DNA of 64,000 nt. Origin: Octopus vulgaris. Its lineage: Eukaryota. Below the pieces are notes generated by a model. It saw nothing but the letters and a program-made list of their open reading frames with translations. It searched no databases and was not told where the DNA came from. The DNA is taken from positions 109,616,001 to 109,680,000 of the forward strand of contig OX597822.1 in the NCBI GenBank assembly GCA_951406725.2. Direction: 5' to 3'. The translations under genes and the position numbers were made by a program. Positions 29,732 to 42,837 of the stretch are shown piece after piece (the first letter of the stretch is position 1; each line of letters begins with the position of its first letter).

Positions 29732-30908
29732 TTACGTCGTCAAGTATGAAATTTGTAGAAAAGATAGAAGTTTGCTAATGTTTTATAAATACAAGGAATA
29801 GTTTCATTCACCAAAGTATGCACCCATGCTGTCAATACACTTTTGCCATTTCTGCGGTAGCTTGTCCAACCCGGAACTGTAAAAGCCTGGCAATCTAGAG
29901 TCCATAAAATCTTGGAAGACATGTTTTACAACATCATAAGTATCGTACCTTCACCAATGTCATTTTTGCGATGCGTGGTCTAGCGTTGTCTTGCAATAAA
30001 ATAGGAGTGGATCTGTTGAACAATGTAGGCTGCTTGTTTATTTTTGTTTTTGTTTTTGCTGGGGTTTTATTTTGTAATTTTCCGCATCACTAGTGCAGTC
30101 GGCTGCGGTATACTTCGGCCGTGATTGATGAACCAGGTTCGATAAAATCATAATGGATCACACCTGCGGCAGACCACCAAACAAACATCACCGGCTTCTT
30201 TTGATGAATTTCGCTTTTTGAACTGTGATTTGGTGGCTCGTCTTTGTCCAACCATTGTGCTGAACGTTTACGGTTTTTGTATTGGATCTATTTCTCATCA
30301 CATGTTACAATTCGATTCAAAAATGATTCAGGCTTCCAAACGTTGCTGTTTCTGATTCTCAATGTGTTCATGTGGAACCCACTTAACCTACTTTTCGCTT
30401 TACCGATTTGTGCTAGGTGAGTCAATAGTGTTTGCTTGCTAACACCAAACAACAATGATAATTCACGGGCCCTTTGAGATGGATCTGACTGGGCAATGGC
30501 TTTCAGTTCGTCATTATCCGCTTCTGTTTCTGGTCGACAGCCTTGCTCATTTGGGAGGTCAAAGTTACCAGAACGAAATTTTGCAAACCAATTTGATACT
30601 GTCTGCTGTGTAATAACATTGGGATGAAATATTCCATTAATATTCTGACCTGTCTGTGATGGTGTATTTCCAAGAACGAACTCATATTTCAAAATGAAAT
30701 TCCGGTTTATCCATCTCCAAACAAAAATAGGAAAAAACAAACGATTTATAAATAATCTATAAAGCGCAAAATTAGTTAGAATAAAGAAATAGATGTGTCA
30801 GCTTTCTAAGAAAAATTAAAGATTATCAAAATATAATAATGGCGCAAAATGAGCAGCTGTCAAATTTTATCATATACCTCACTACAAATTTCATATTTGA
30901 CGACCTAA
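29732..30908 (-). mobile_element. Mariner element with both TIRs and TA TSD; pseudogenised transposase
   Basis: TIRs tta(c/g)gtcgtcaa(g/a)tatgaaatttgtag at 29732-58 and 30882-908, flanked by TA. ORF 30288-30740 contains WFAKFRSGNFDL and FLNRIVTCDEK. Confidence 0.93.
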
Positions 30909-31710
30909 TAGAATACATTTTTCTCATGTATCATCATGCAAGGATAGAATGAGTACTGCTGCCACAAGGTACGACAGAATATTATCTAGAAGCGAATTGA
31001 ATACCGGAATAATATGCATAGAACGACCTACACAAAAATATATTAAATAAGGAAACTGGAAAATAATATAGTTCAATTCTCTATAGTTTATATGTAACAA
31101 AAAAAGGAGAAATTCTTGACGTTGATAAATATATGCCATTTTACATTTTTTGTAGATATGTCATTTTCGAAAACTTTTGTTATATTCAACTGAGTTTCCT
31201 CGGGTAACATAGGTTCGCAAATACCACGCTATAATTAATAAAAAAAAAGAAGAACGCTACGTAAAAGTTCAACCTGAAAGCGATTAAATAACAAATACCG
31301 TTTAACGGTAAATAAAGATTGGAATAGCAAATATCTGGAGTATTTCACTGTAAAATTAACATATGTTCTCAAGTGAAAACTTCACTGAATCCACTCTATT
31401 ATTTCTCATTGCTCTATGTATGAAAAGAAAGTGAGTTAAAATTATCTGAAGGAATATACGTACACATATACACATACTCACATTATATATATATTGATGT
31501 CGATATTTTTCCTATCTTGTCTGTAATGGATTTGTGACTATTCGGTGGTACAGAAGTATTTTTTGACTTCTATCGTTAGCGATATAGGTACACATGTAGT
31601 GCCCTTGTATATATATGTACATATCTAATAATGTGTGTATGTACTTTATTAATTTGCCTGTACGGCTGATAATTCGCTTATCACTTGTGATGGTATTTTA
31701 ATAATACCAT

Positions 31711-31744
<34 letters not shown>

Positions 31745-31859
31745 GGTTTAAGTAATTGAGATTCAAGTGAGTTCTAATGAATTCACATGAATATGGTCCT
31801 TAACTAGGATGCACCGGAAATCTATATGGTGTTAACCATACGACAAGTGGGGTGATTAC

Positions 31860-31941
31860 AAATAGGAAAAAAGCAACAAGAATGGATCAATATATCGGTA
31901 CAATTGTACCGATATATTGATCCATTCTTGTTGCTTTTTTC

Positions 31942-31947
<6 letters not shown>
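31860..31947. repeat. Perfect 88-bp palindrome with no spacer
   Basis: 44-bp arms are exact reverse complements centred on ggtacaa|ttgtacc. Confidence 0.95.
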
Positions 31948-31986
<39 letters not shown>

Positions 31987-32855
31987 TTCCATTCGTTCAT
32001 ATAATGTTGAGGATAAACTTTATTCTGTTCCCAAAACACATAGAATAACTAAAAGTGAGTAACAACTACAAAGAGAATGAAGAATTACTACAAGAAAAGG
32101 ATTATAGAAAGGCCATTTTAGTAATTTAAAATAGGAGGAATAGAGAAAAATTTTTATTTGTACTTGTTAATATTTTGAACCTGATACAACAAATCTTTTT
32201 CATTTGTTATCCACTGAAACCAATTTAGATTTCCACTTTTCAAACCTCCTACAGCAGAGGTTATAATTGAATTACAGACCATTTGATTCCATAGTGAGCC
32301 TGCGAAAATATTTAAACAAAACATAGGTTATAAGTGTTTGCGATTAAAGATAGAAATATATGAAAAGAAAGAATTATCTTAAGAGTCTCGTTCTAATTTC
32401 TGAGAACATTTTTTCGTGAACATATATATGTGTGCTTGTGTGTATATGCATGTATGTATGTATTTATACATGTGTATATATACGAGTCCACGTCTGTTTT
32501 GATACACGTAATTACTTAAACGATATGCAAAGGTACATAAAGCCCAGTTACAACTACAGCCGGCTATTACCAGTAAAGGTATTAGTTGCCAATTCTGTAC
32601 AAGACATTGTAGATCTTTAGCTGGGCTAAAACGTCACATTCGATCACAGCACCAGTAACAGTTAAGCTTTGTGCAATGGCCATACTCGATAATGAGGGGG
32701 CAGCCATAAAAATGTTACATATAATATGAATTTAAGTTTATATATATACGGAGAGTGAGCGAGGTGGGGAGAAACTTGGATCAGACTACGCTGTATATGA
32801 AATTTAATCTCCATATTGCTAAATATTAATTTTACTTTTGTTTCTCTTATTCCAG

Positions 32856-33008
32856 CATATTATTCGATCCTTGGTGTATCGTTTTACTTTACCAGAAATC
32901 TCGGATTTTTCATTCTACAAACTTATTTACCTTGTTACCTCATTGTGGCACTATCCTGGATATCATTTTGGATCAACAGAGACGCCGCCCCTGCCAGAGT
33001 ACTACTTG
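32856..33008 (+). CDS. Internal exon of a Cys-loop ligand-gated ion channel subunit, GABA-A/Gly/GluCl-like anion-channel group (loop C/beta10, TM1, start of TM2)
   Basis: Pyrimidine tract ending ttattccAG (AG at 32854-55) and donor G|GTAAGT at 33008/33009. The 153-nt exon is phase 1-1 and translates to (x)[50 protein letters not shown](G). It has the pre-M1 Arg, the YLP..LIV..SW.SFW TM1 signature and the PAR anion-selectivity motif. Length and phase match the homologous GABA-A receptor exon. Confidence 0.95.
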
Positions 33009-33071
33009 GTAAGTTTACTTAGTCTGTCGATTTTATATTACGAACTACATTGTTGAAACCGTAACTGGCAA

Positions 33072-34172
33072 CACACACACATATTCATATAGTCTTGCAC
33101 ACGCAAACACACGTACATATTATTACATGCATACATACATTTACACACATAGACAAACACATGTGCACACAAACCCACAGACATATATATGTGTAGGAGG
33201 CGGTGTCAAATATTATATGTAATACACCATATAGGAAATAACTACATTTTGAAACTAGCACAAAAAATTAGGATATACATTGACTTATACATATATAAGT
33301 GGAGAATTCCCATAAAATTCCTACCAAGTACAAAATACGGACCAAATATAGTTGTTTTGGACGAACAAGAAATTATATATACCGTAACGCAGTTTAGCAA
33401 CCAGCTGCTGTGAATATCTCGTCGAAATTTATAGTAAAATATGTTTATTTACCATACAAAAATAGGTTTACATTCAAGAACTTCAGTTTCTATATTACAA
33501 TTCCTCGTTTATACAAATAATATACGGTGCGTTTGGTTACCTTAATAAACGCCTAAGTGATAATCCGTAAAAGCTACGGCTTTCAGAAAAAGAAATGAAC
33601 CAGCTAACGGGTACAAGAGAAATACAATATATAAACGAAATGTAACAGGTGGTGCGAGCTGGCAGAAACGTTAGCACGCCGGGCGAAATGCGTAACCGTA
33701 TTTCGTCTGTCGTTACGTTGTGAGTTCAAATTCCGCCGAGGTCGACTTTGCCTTTCATCCTTTCGGGGTCGATAAATTAAGTACCAGTTACGCACTGGGA
33801 TCGATGTAATCGACTTAATACCTATGTCTGTCCTTGTTTGTCTCCTCTGTGTTTAGCCCCTTGTGGGTAATAAAGAAATAGGTATTGTATTTTTTGTTAA
33901 CATTCTAGCAAAAGAGTGTTGTATATTCGCTAGAGACCAACTCCTTCTTTATAGGAAGTGTTTAAATAATTACAAATAGACGACACGTACGAGCAACACA
34001 GACACACACACATATTCATATAGTCTTGCACACGCAAACACACGTACAGATAAGTGCATGCATACATACACTTACACACATAGACAAACACATGTACACA
34101 CAAACACACATACATACATATGTGTGGGCGGGTATGTCAAATATTATATGTAATACTCCATATAGGAAATAT
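33072..34172 (+). repeat. Local direct duplication of ~170 bp (33072-33240 and 34002-34172)
   Basis: catattcatatagtcttgcacacgcaaacacacgtaca...tgtcaaatattatatgtaatac..cataggaaata-like text is present twice. Confidence 0.85.
33648..33884 (+). mobile_element. tRNA-derived SINE family B (Meta/MESC-like central domain)
   Basis: B box gagttcaaatt and the block gcctttcatcctttcggggtcgataaattaagtacc. Four other copies occur in the window. Confidence 0.9.
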
Positions 34173-35749
34173 TTAACAATGTAACAGGCAGGAAAGGGCG
34201 GACATTATGGCCCATACACGTAAACAGAAATGCCTAGAATTATTGAAAAACTTTGCAAATGGGTGGGTTGCGATAAACAGTGACAACAGATATGAAATGG
34301 CGTAGCAATCTTAAAGTACACTTTACAAATTATGAGTTTAAGAGAAATTTATTTTCTAAATTACACATTTGTGTCCGAATTGCAAGCCATTGGTCCTCGA
34401 GAGATATGTAACTTTAAAGTCATATTTCTGAATTTAATACTGTGTTTGTACTATTCGTTACATCGTTTTTTGGGGTTTTTTTTTTCAATTCTTGGCGTTA
34501 TCTATGAATACATAAATAACATCAAACTCGTCGCAACTTGTAAAGAGAAGATTATACTCGATAATAAAATACTTTATAACGCAATTTTATTGACATGAAA
34601 GCAAAGGTTTCTCATAAACAATGTATATAGCAAAAGCCGTTAAAATAACTTTTTGCAAAATATGTACTTTAATATGAAATTGCTTCATGAATCGCTATAT
34701 GAGATTATTTTTTTATCATCAAACGTATGATATCATAGATATCTCAACGGCATATTTCCCCATAGAAGAGGTACCAGCTTATGATATCTACGCTGATTAC
34801 TAGATACTTCAACGATTACAGAAAAAGCAGCCTATAAACAAAATGTCGTCGATTTTACGAATCAAGAACTGGGTTAATAATTCGGTACCATACTAAATAT
34901 TACGTAACACATTCTAATATATATTTCACTTCATGTATGGCGAAGGTTTTTACAAATATATTTGTAAGTTTTCAGTATATCATGTCTCATAAAAGAAGAT
35001 ATCCGGCGAGCTTATGGCAGAGTCTCTATGTGATCAGTCGAACTGCGAGGAATAGCAGCCAAGTCACTCTCCATTAGTTTTATACCGGTTTTTCAAATGA
35101 TGCATTATGTAATATTATCTGAAATGCAATGTATGTAAGAAAAATGCTATGATTATTACCTGAATGGCTTCACTCAGACACCCACGGCAAATATGATTAA
35201 AAAGAACGAAACAGATGGAATATTCCCCTTTTCTATTTTAAAATTTTATTTGTATGATCCTTTTTTTATACATAAGCTTTGTTCATGTCTTTTTTAAAAA
35301 GTTCATTGCTTCCCTAAATACATTCAAACCTGAATTATGAGAGGTCTCCTGATGCCTGAAAAGAATCCATTTACATTTGTATTTTTAAGACCGACTTTGT
35401 TTAATTGAAATATTTCCATTTCATTCCATATCTTCTCTCTTTGCCAGTTTCATATTATATGAGTTCTACGTTAATTTTAGGATGGCGAGTAAATATATGC
35501 TTTCCTTGTCGGAGAACACTGACTGTTCTGCCATAGCCACTATCGTGTATGATATGTATGACTTCTATATCATTTACACAGTCTTTTCCTTAGCGACAGG
35601 ATTAGATTTAACGTTAGATTACATATTTCCTGTGCTCTATCGTATCAATTTTATATATATCCCTTAGTTCTTTCATAGGATATTTTAGTTTTTTGACGTC
35701 AAATCTACCCGAGTGTTCATAAAGTATTATATAGCTAACAGTGTTACGA

Positions 35750-37440
35750 ACACAATTATTACGATTTCATGAATGTTGTAACTAGCAGCTAAATGTTGAT
35801 TGGGCTGATAAATTATGAGCAACTTATACTGGGCTATTTGTGTCTATTGTATATTTTAGCTCTTTCATTTTCTTCTCCATTGTATGTTTTCACCTAGTTG
35901 CTATATTTTCCTTCAAAGCTTTCTCATGAATTAACTTCCTATGCTATGTTTTCTGATTTTCCCACTCTAAGTATTTTGCGACCTCTGTAACAATGACAAA
36001 AATCGATATTAATTTTTCTTGGTTTTGTAGTTCTTTTGAATGTCTGATTATTTTTCATAATATTCTCTTCCATTCCTCTATCTCTGTTTAAGAATAGGTC
36101 TGATCTTTTCCTTCTATAATGTGAATTTTTCTGACCAGTATTTCTAGGGAAGTTGCGTTGTGGTGTATATTGCCATAACATTTTCGCCTACACTAGCACA
36201 GCTTCTGCATAAATTACATTTATAGCCTACTGGCATTAGTGAACACTTCTGACTATTCAATTTGTCGGAGTACCCACTTGTATTTAAATATTATTCTCCA
36301 TAGGTATTTTATTATCCCATGTGCAGTGATATATGCTTCAATCCATTCTTATTAATTTTCATATCAAATATTTTCCAATTTGAGCGACTCCTGGTTCACC
36401 GCATAATTTCTTGACTGTCTGGCCTTCGTTGTTTGCTATGTACTGGGTCAAGGGTTATTTTTATTTCATTACGATGGAGAATTCTCTCAAGTATTTTATT
36501 GTGGTCACCATCCAAATATCGTTTCCTTCTTTTGATTTCACTCTATTGATTATACTTTGAATGATTTCTTTTTTTGTCTGAGAAGTTAATTTCATTGTTT
36601 AATTTCCATTATTGCGTTTAAATGTTTCGCTTTCTGCTACTATTTCTTTCTGGTATGATCGCTTACAATTGAATATCACAAGTTTTGCTGCTCTACTTTC
36701 ATAGGTTTATGAAAGATTAACGTTTCTATGTTCTTAGGTTTTTGGATATGTTTTATATATAAATTGTTTCTTTTTGCGTCAGTCTATATATTCAAGCATA
36801 TGTTTAAAGCGTAGTTTTCTTACACCTTTACTTACGCTTTCTTGGATCTCGTATGTGCCTTTTATAAATCGAGACCGTTTTTATCGCATTTGTTATTGGT
36901 GATGTTAGACCTATTTCCTACTAACCTTTGACCGTAGATATTCCAAGATTTCATCAATCAATATATCATTTCCGAATACATGGTATTTCTTCGTTGAAGA
37001 GTTGGCTATTTCTTCTTGCAGGTAAAGCATTAAATTAGCGACTGCTTTATTGGTGTATTTAGTATAGGTATTGCATGATGTATGTAACAACTGCATACAG
37101 TATTCTTCGATCCAATCATCTGTAAATTTTTCTATGTGTACAGATGTCAATCAGATGTTCATTCTGGTTTACGAAGCTCATATTTTTATACATAATTTCT
37201 TGCACACTATCATATCGCTCACATCACGTTAGATCATCTTATATGGATCTTGAGCTGGAGAGATTTCTTTCTATTGGCCTAAACTACTTTCTGGATTTAT
37301 TTTAAATGTGTACGCTACATTATGTAATGATTTTTATATGCTTCTTAGGATCGCGTGTTTGATATTAGTTTAAGAAATATATTGTGTTCATTACCAAGAT
37401 GAAGAACAGGAATCATATTTTGTTTTTGCTTACTCTAAAT
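35750..37440 (-). mobile_element. Highly decayed CR1/L2-type LINE 5' region (PHD-like ORF1 and APE endonuclease traces)
   Basis: DDWIEEYCMQLLHTSC resembles an ORF1 PHD finger, and IDF...VGKSEN resembles the APE LDL...GKSDH block. Strong strand purine skew. Confidence 0.4.
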
Positions 37441-37679
37441 TCCAAAGCGTCGTGTTAATGCCCACTTGTGTGTTAATACCAGTTTTAGATTCAGGGATAC
37501 CTGTTTTGGTGTTGAATTCGTTGTTGTATAATTTATATTTAGTATATGATGATGGTAATGACGGCGGTGGTGGTATTGGTCGTGGTGGTGGTGGTGATGG
37601 TGGTGGTGATGATGGTGGTGGTTGTGGTGGTTTTGGTGCTGGGGTGGGGAGTGATGGTGGTGTTATCAGTTGTTATAGG

Positions 37680-38640
37680 GAATTAAAAATATATGAGCTA
37701 GCATCGGTTGTTTATTTTGTCCTCTATGTTTAAATCCCGTCTTCTTGCTTCAATAATATGGGCAATCTTTATAGGGAAACCAAACAAGACCTTGTAATTC
37801 TCATTTTCTATCACAGCTTTTGATTCGTGTTCATACCACTGTTTTTGTTTTCAAGCCACATACTTGGCTAACATCACAATGCACTCTTTGGCTTGCACAG
37901 TCACATCACTCTTTATACTCTTATTGTGCTAGTACACTGCACGCACTCAAAAGGGGATTGATTCTTTAGTATCGTTTCCTGCAGATTCCAGTATGTTTTG
38001 TCTGACTGTGGTTTGCTATATTTGCATTTACCAGGTTTGTTGTTAAGGATTGTACCTGAACAGCTCTAACTAATGTTTCGCTTCCTCGTTTTAAGTTCCC
38101 GTCCATCACCCAGAGCCAGTGATACTTAAGTCCGACATTTTCGGTTTGTTTCATTAATTGGCAATGCATTTCTATTTTCTTCCAATTGTTTGCTCTGGGG
38201 CTCTTTTCTTTCTGAATTCTTCAACGGTTTCGGGCAATTTTTGCATATCTGCCTGCTGATAGTAATTTTTGTTTACTCTGCAGAACATAATTTTTCAGTA
38301 GTGTTAACATTGTTTCTGCCTTAAACCATCCTCGGTTACCTTTATTTTATCGGTATGTAAAATCGATCGGTATTATTTTTAAGGTGCAGTGCGTTATCAG
38401 AAGCTTTTTATTATTTCCCTCCAGGTTCTGTAGATCGGCCTTTGCCCATTTTAGAAACGGAGTAGAGTATCTTAATACGGATATCACAAATATTTATATG
38501 CTTTAATAATATTCCTGCCATTTAATTTTGTTTCTTATCGTATAATCTTTAATGAATTCCCCATCTCTCTTTTCATTATCTTATCGTCTTTTAATACTCC
38601 TAGATGTCTGTAATCGTCATAATATTTCAATGATCTAATG
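37680..38640 (-). mobile_element. R4/Dong-type non-LTR retrotransposon, RT thumb to RLE, decayed
   Basis: Motifs in the expected order: YRHLGVL; ALHLKNNTDRFYIP; MHCQ...GNLKRGSETLVRAVQVQSLTT; LLSACSVLAQ; WYEHESKAVIENENYKVL; HIIEARRRDL. Confidence 0.8.
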
Positions 38641-38689
38641 ATGGTGTGTGTACGTAATTTCATTATCATCATCGTCATCATCATCATCA

Positions 38690-39110
38690 TCATCATTATC
38701 ATTACTACTTAATGTTGTACACAAATATGCAAGATTTGGAATCAAAATTCTTAGTATCTTTCGATCAATCTTTAGTGTTCCTAGTAGAGAAAATTTCTCT
38801 ATTCATGCAAATCTGGTAGGTCTTCCTGTCTCTATAAGGAAACTAGCAAACATGTTGCTAACGCTATCTAGAACGCCTATAACTCCTGGGATCACTTCTG
38901 CAAAAACATTCTCAGTCGTTGCATTTCTTGTGCTAACCCTTGGTATTTTCCTATTTTTCCCTAATCTTCAACTGCTACATGTATATAAGTAGATATAGGC
39001 ACATTACACTGTTTTTTACGCCTTGTCAAGATTGATCGTCTTACTTGATTTTCGTAATTAGTGTCTAAAATCCCTTAGGACATTAAAATTATCATCTTTT
39101 GTCACACTCT
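38690..39110 (-). mobile_element. Second R4/Dong RLE C-terminal fragment with (ATG/AAT)n tail
   Basis: KYQGLAQEMQRL and VIPGVIGVL...LLGTLKIDRKIL. Confidence 0.7.
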
Positions 39111-40575
39111 AGTTGGCGATGGAGTTGGTGTTGTTTCTATTTTCCGCTTACTTCAATCATAATTTAGCAGGATCATTTCCCCGGCACTACAATCGGTTGG
39201 CTGTATGTGTGAGGATACCGTTTTTCGATCCATAAAATGATAAAAATGGGCGGTGATCTGTTTGCAGACTGTATTTCCTTCCATGTATGAATTTGTGAAA
39301 TTTTCTCACCGCAAAAATAAGGCCTACTACATCCTTTCTCAATTTGGCTATAGTGTTTCCAGCCACCAACAATGGACGTGAAGAATGAGCGATGGGTTTT
39401 ACGCTACCGTTTCCATACTTGTGTAAAATTACCATTCTTCTACCACTTTCGCTAGCATCTGATGCTACAACTATTTTAAAATTTGGATCAAAGTGCAATA
39501 ATGACAGTTCCGATGTGAAAACTTATTTAATTTCTTCGAACCCTTTTGGAAACCCGTCTGACCCATACCATATGACGATATTTTTCAATAAGTTCTTTAG
39601 GGGTGATCTTAGCTCATATAGGTTTGGTATGTATGTTTGGCAATTGTTCGCGAGCCCTGAGAACGTCGGTAATGTAATATGAAAATGCAAAATTCGCATT
39701 TTTCCTCCCTAAGTTTCAATTCATACCTCCTTACCTTCTGAAAAACCCTTTTGACATGTTCCTCGTGCTGGCCTCTAAACTCACTTTTTTATGAGTATGT
39801 CATCCAAATATGCTATATCGAAATCAGTATTTGCAAGCATCGTATCCATCGTGTAATATCCTAGATGCTACCTTTATCCCGAGTGTTTATTCTTAACAGT
39901 TTCGAACATTCTTCCTCGACTTGTAACTGTAAATACGCCTCCGACAAGTCCAATTTTGAGAGACATTTTCTCCATTGAGCTTCGCAAAACTTTCCTCTGG
40001 GCTTGTTGAAAAGTCCGCGCATACGCATATTTTGCTACTGTTTTTTTTTTACATAAACAATAGGTGCTGCCCGTTCTGAAAAATCAAACTTTTCTATAAC
40101 TCCCAGCTTTCCTCGCCTATCTAATTCCTCACTGTCTCGATTCATTGCCGCAAAAGGTACCGCTCGCTTCGCTTTAATCACCGGTACAGAGTTTTCTTTT
40201 ATTTGAAATTTTATTTTTGTGTTCGTGCATTTACCCAATTCTTCCGAAAAGACGTCAGGAAAAATATCTTTCAATTTCTGTTTTAAATCTTCCGACACCT
40301 TGTTTGAACTGGCGTTATAACCATTTAGATTATTGCAGAACATATTTATAGGGCGGTCTCATAAATTAATTCTATCCAGTCTATGGCAAGAAAGGTTCAT
40401 CGTATTTTTTTGTACAAAACCTTTAGCCTCAAAGTTTTCCCACAAAATGTTACCTCACTAATCATTTCGCAACTGTTATCCTGAGACGTCTCTCGAAATT
40501 TTTGCAGTTTTTTCTATACATGCCTTCCCATTTCTTTTTCCATATCTCCTCGCTGATTATTGTGATGTCACTACA

Positions 40576-40804
40576 AGGCGGCGAGCTGGCAGAAACGTTA
40601 GCACGCCGGGCGAAATGCGTAACCGTACTTCGTCTGCCTCTACATTCTGAGTTCAAATTCCGCCGAAATTGACTTTGCCTTTCATCCTTTCGGCGTCGAT
40701 AAATTAAGTACCAGTTACGCACTTGGTCGGAATAATCGACTTAATCCGTTTGTGTGTCCTTGTTTGTCCCCTGTGTTTAGCCCGTTGTGGGTAGTAAAGA
40801 AATA
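40576..40804 (+). mobile_element. SINE family B inserted in Gypsy protease, 18-bp TSD
   Basis: TSD tattgtgatgtcactaca at 40558-75 and 40805-22. Confidence 0.93.
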
Positions 40805-41421
40805 TATTGTGATGTCACTACATGTGTCCCACTGTAGTCTCGTATTCACATTATTTATTTTTATAGAAACAAGTTTTCGTTTTGTGTGTGTGTGTCTCGC
40901 TTTGCATTTGTGTTGACAATACATTTTTTCTCGAATTTTGTCTGTTCGACCTCTTTTGTTTTAACCATCAATGTGATTTCTAGTGTCCAATTTTTCCACC
41001 TCCAAAACATATTTGATTCTTAAGAAGACAGTTTCTTTTGAAATGTATTTCTCCACATCTATAACATGGTTTGGATAGTGACTGTTTCTTTTCTTCGTAT
41101 CTGTTACCGGTCGACATGTTTGTATATTTGAATAATCTTTTTCAGTTTTTTCTTTTCCGCGTCCCGTCGTAGATTTATAATTCTTTTGTATTCTTCAGCC
41201 ATAATTTGTAGAGTTAGTCTTGAATTTGTAGAATTAGTTTTGAATCTTGTTCAAGTTATGTCAATATTATCTCTGCACCTTTACTTACCGTTAATCCTTG
41301 TACGAAGATTAAACATTTAAACATGCCCGAGCTTAATACGGCGAGTTTAAATTTTTTCATTCTCGTCTCTATTTACAATTTCGGCATACGTGATGAAATG
41401 TTCCATTTTATTTTGTGGGGG

Positions 41422-41816
41422 GGATCTTTTCACTTTGACCGGAAATTTTTTTAAATAATTTCTTTGTAACTAAACACTTTTAAACTTCGTATACTGGTAG
41501 TGTGTTACATAAAACATCTTTTTCTCTTGGCTTTCTTGAGAAAACTCTGTAGTGACAAATTCATATGACACCGCCAGAAAATGTTGTTGACAAAATACGG
41601 CAGATATTGTATTCACCTAAATAGACGTCATTGATCGGTTGAAATTGCCGAAATGCAAGAAATTAAACAACAAATAGCTTACAAACTACAGAACTTTCTC
41701 AAGAAAGCCAAGAGAAAAAGATGTTTTATGTATCACACTACCAGTATACGAAGTTTAAAAGTGTTTAGTTACAAAGAAATTATTTTAAAAATCTGCCGGT
41801 CAAAGTGAAAAGATCC
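41422..41816. mobile_element. MITE (GGATC-terminus family), fold-back variant with ~130 bp inverted ends, nested in Gypsy gag
   Basis: ggatcttttcactttgaccg...cggtcaaagtgaaaagatcc. The arms are homologous to the left end of the 51139 and 60467 elements. Confidence 0.85.
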
Positions 41817-42605
41817 TTTTTATTTCAAATTCAAACAATCCCAGTGAATATTTAATAGTGAACTTCTTTCACTGAATATTTCAGATAATAGCTTTATTGT
41901 TTCCTCGAAACAAATTTCGGATAGTCTTCCCGGCAAGATGAAATTACAAAAAGCTTTTCATGTTCTGCTGGTGATAAATTCCTTAAAAGAAGACATACCT
42001 TCTTTTCGTCCATCCAGCTTTTACAGCCTTCCTTGAGGATTTCGTCATACCTTCTGAAGTATGCAGAAAACGTAATCCCTTTTTCCGAATTTTACGTAAA
42101 TTCTTCAATTGAAATCGCAACCGCGTCAGCCGAAAGCGAACCTGAAGTGTTTTTTGACTGCAAAACTAATTCCAACAGCTGTTGATTTTGTTGTTGTTGC
42201 TACTCTAGTTGCCGTAGCAACTGAACCACGGAAGCTAATAGGTATTTCATGCTAAGAAAGTTCACTGTGAACTTCGAATATCTTGTCGCCACTGTTGTGT
42301 CACATCGACTCTGCTGTGTCCTTCTTTGAACTCGCTGTATGTGCCACTTTATAAAGTGGATTATAACACTGTTATAACAATGCAGATATAAATCAGAAAC
42401 AACACATAACATTACCTCCTTCATAATCCCGAAAAACATCGTGAACATTGGTACAACCGTTTGACTGTGAAGAGGGAACAGACAGACAGACGGACAGTCA
42501 AACGGAGATAACACCCATTATGGTAAGATGTCAGCAAGGCAACAATTTCGTGAAAGTGTAGGATGAAATTACGTCCTGTTTTGAAATCCCACCGTGGTAA
42601 ATGTT

Positions 42606-42837
42606 GGCGGCGAGCTAGCAGAAGCGTTAGCACACCAGGCGAAATGCTTTGCGGTACTTCGTCTGCCGTTACGTTGTGAGTTCAAATTCCGCCGAGGTTG
42701 TCTTTGCCTTTCATCCTTTCGGGGTCGATAAATTAAGTACCAGTTACGCACTGGGGTCGATGTAATCGACATAATACCTATGCCTGTCCTTGTTTGTCCC
42801 CTCTACGTTTAGCCCCTTGTGGGTAACAAAGAAATAC
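42606..42837 (+). mobile_element. SINE family B inserted in Gypsy LTR
   Basis: TSD gtaaatgtt at 42597-605 and 42838-46. Confidence 0.92.

Noticed and set aside
32856-33008. Octopus chemotactile receptor or cation-type nAChR-like exon
   Set aside because: The TM1 and PAR motifs are of the GABA/Gly/GluCl anion group, not the nAChR-derived group.
37452-37733. Gly-rich ORF
   Set aside because: (GGT)n degenerate microsatellite.
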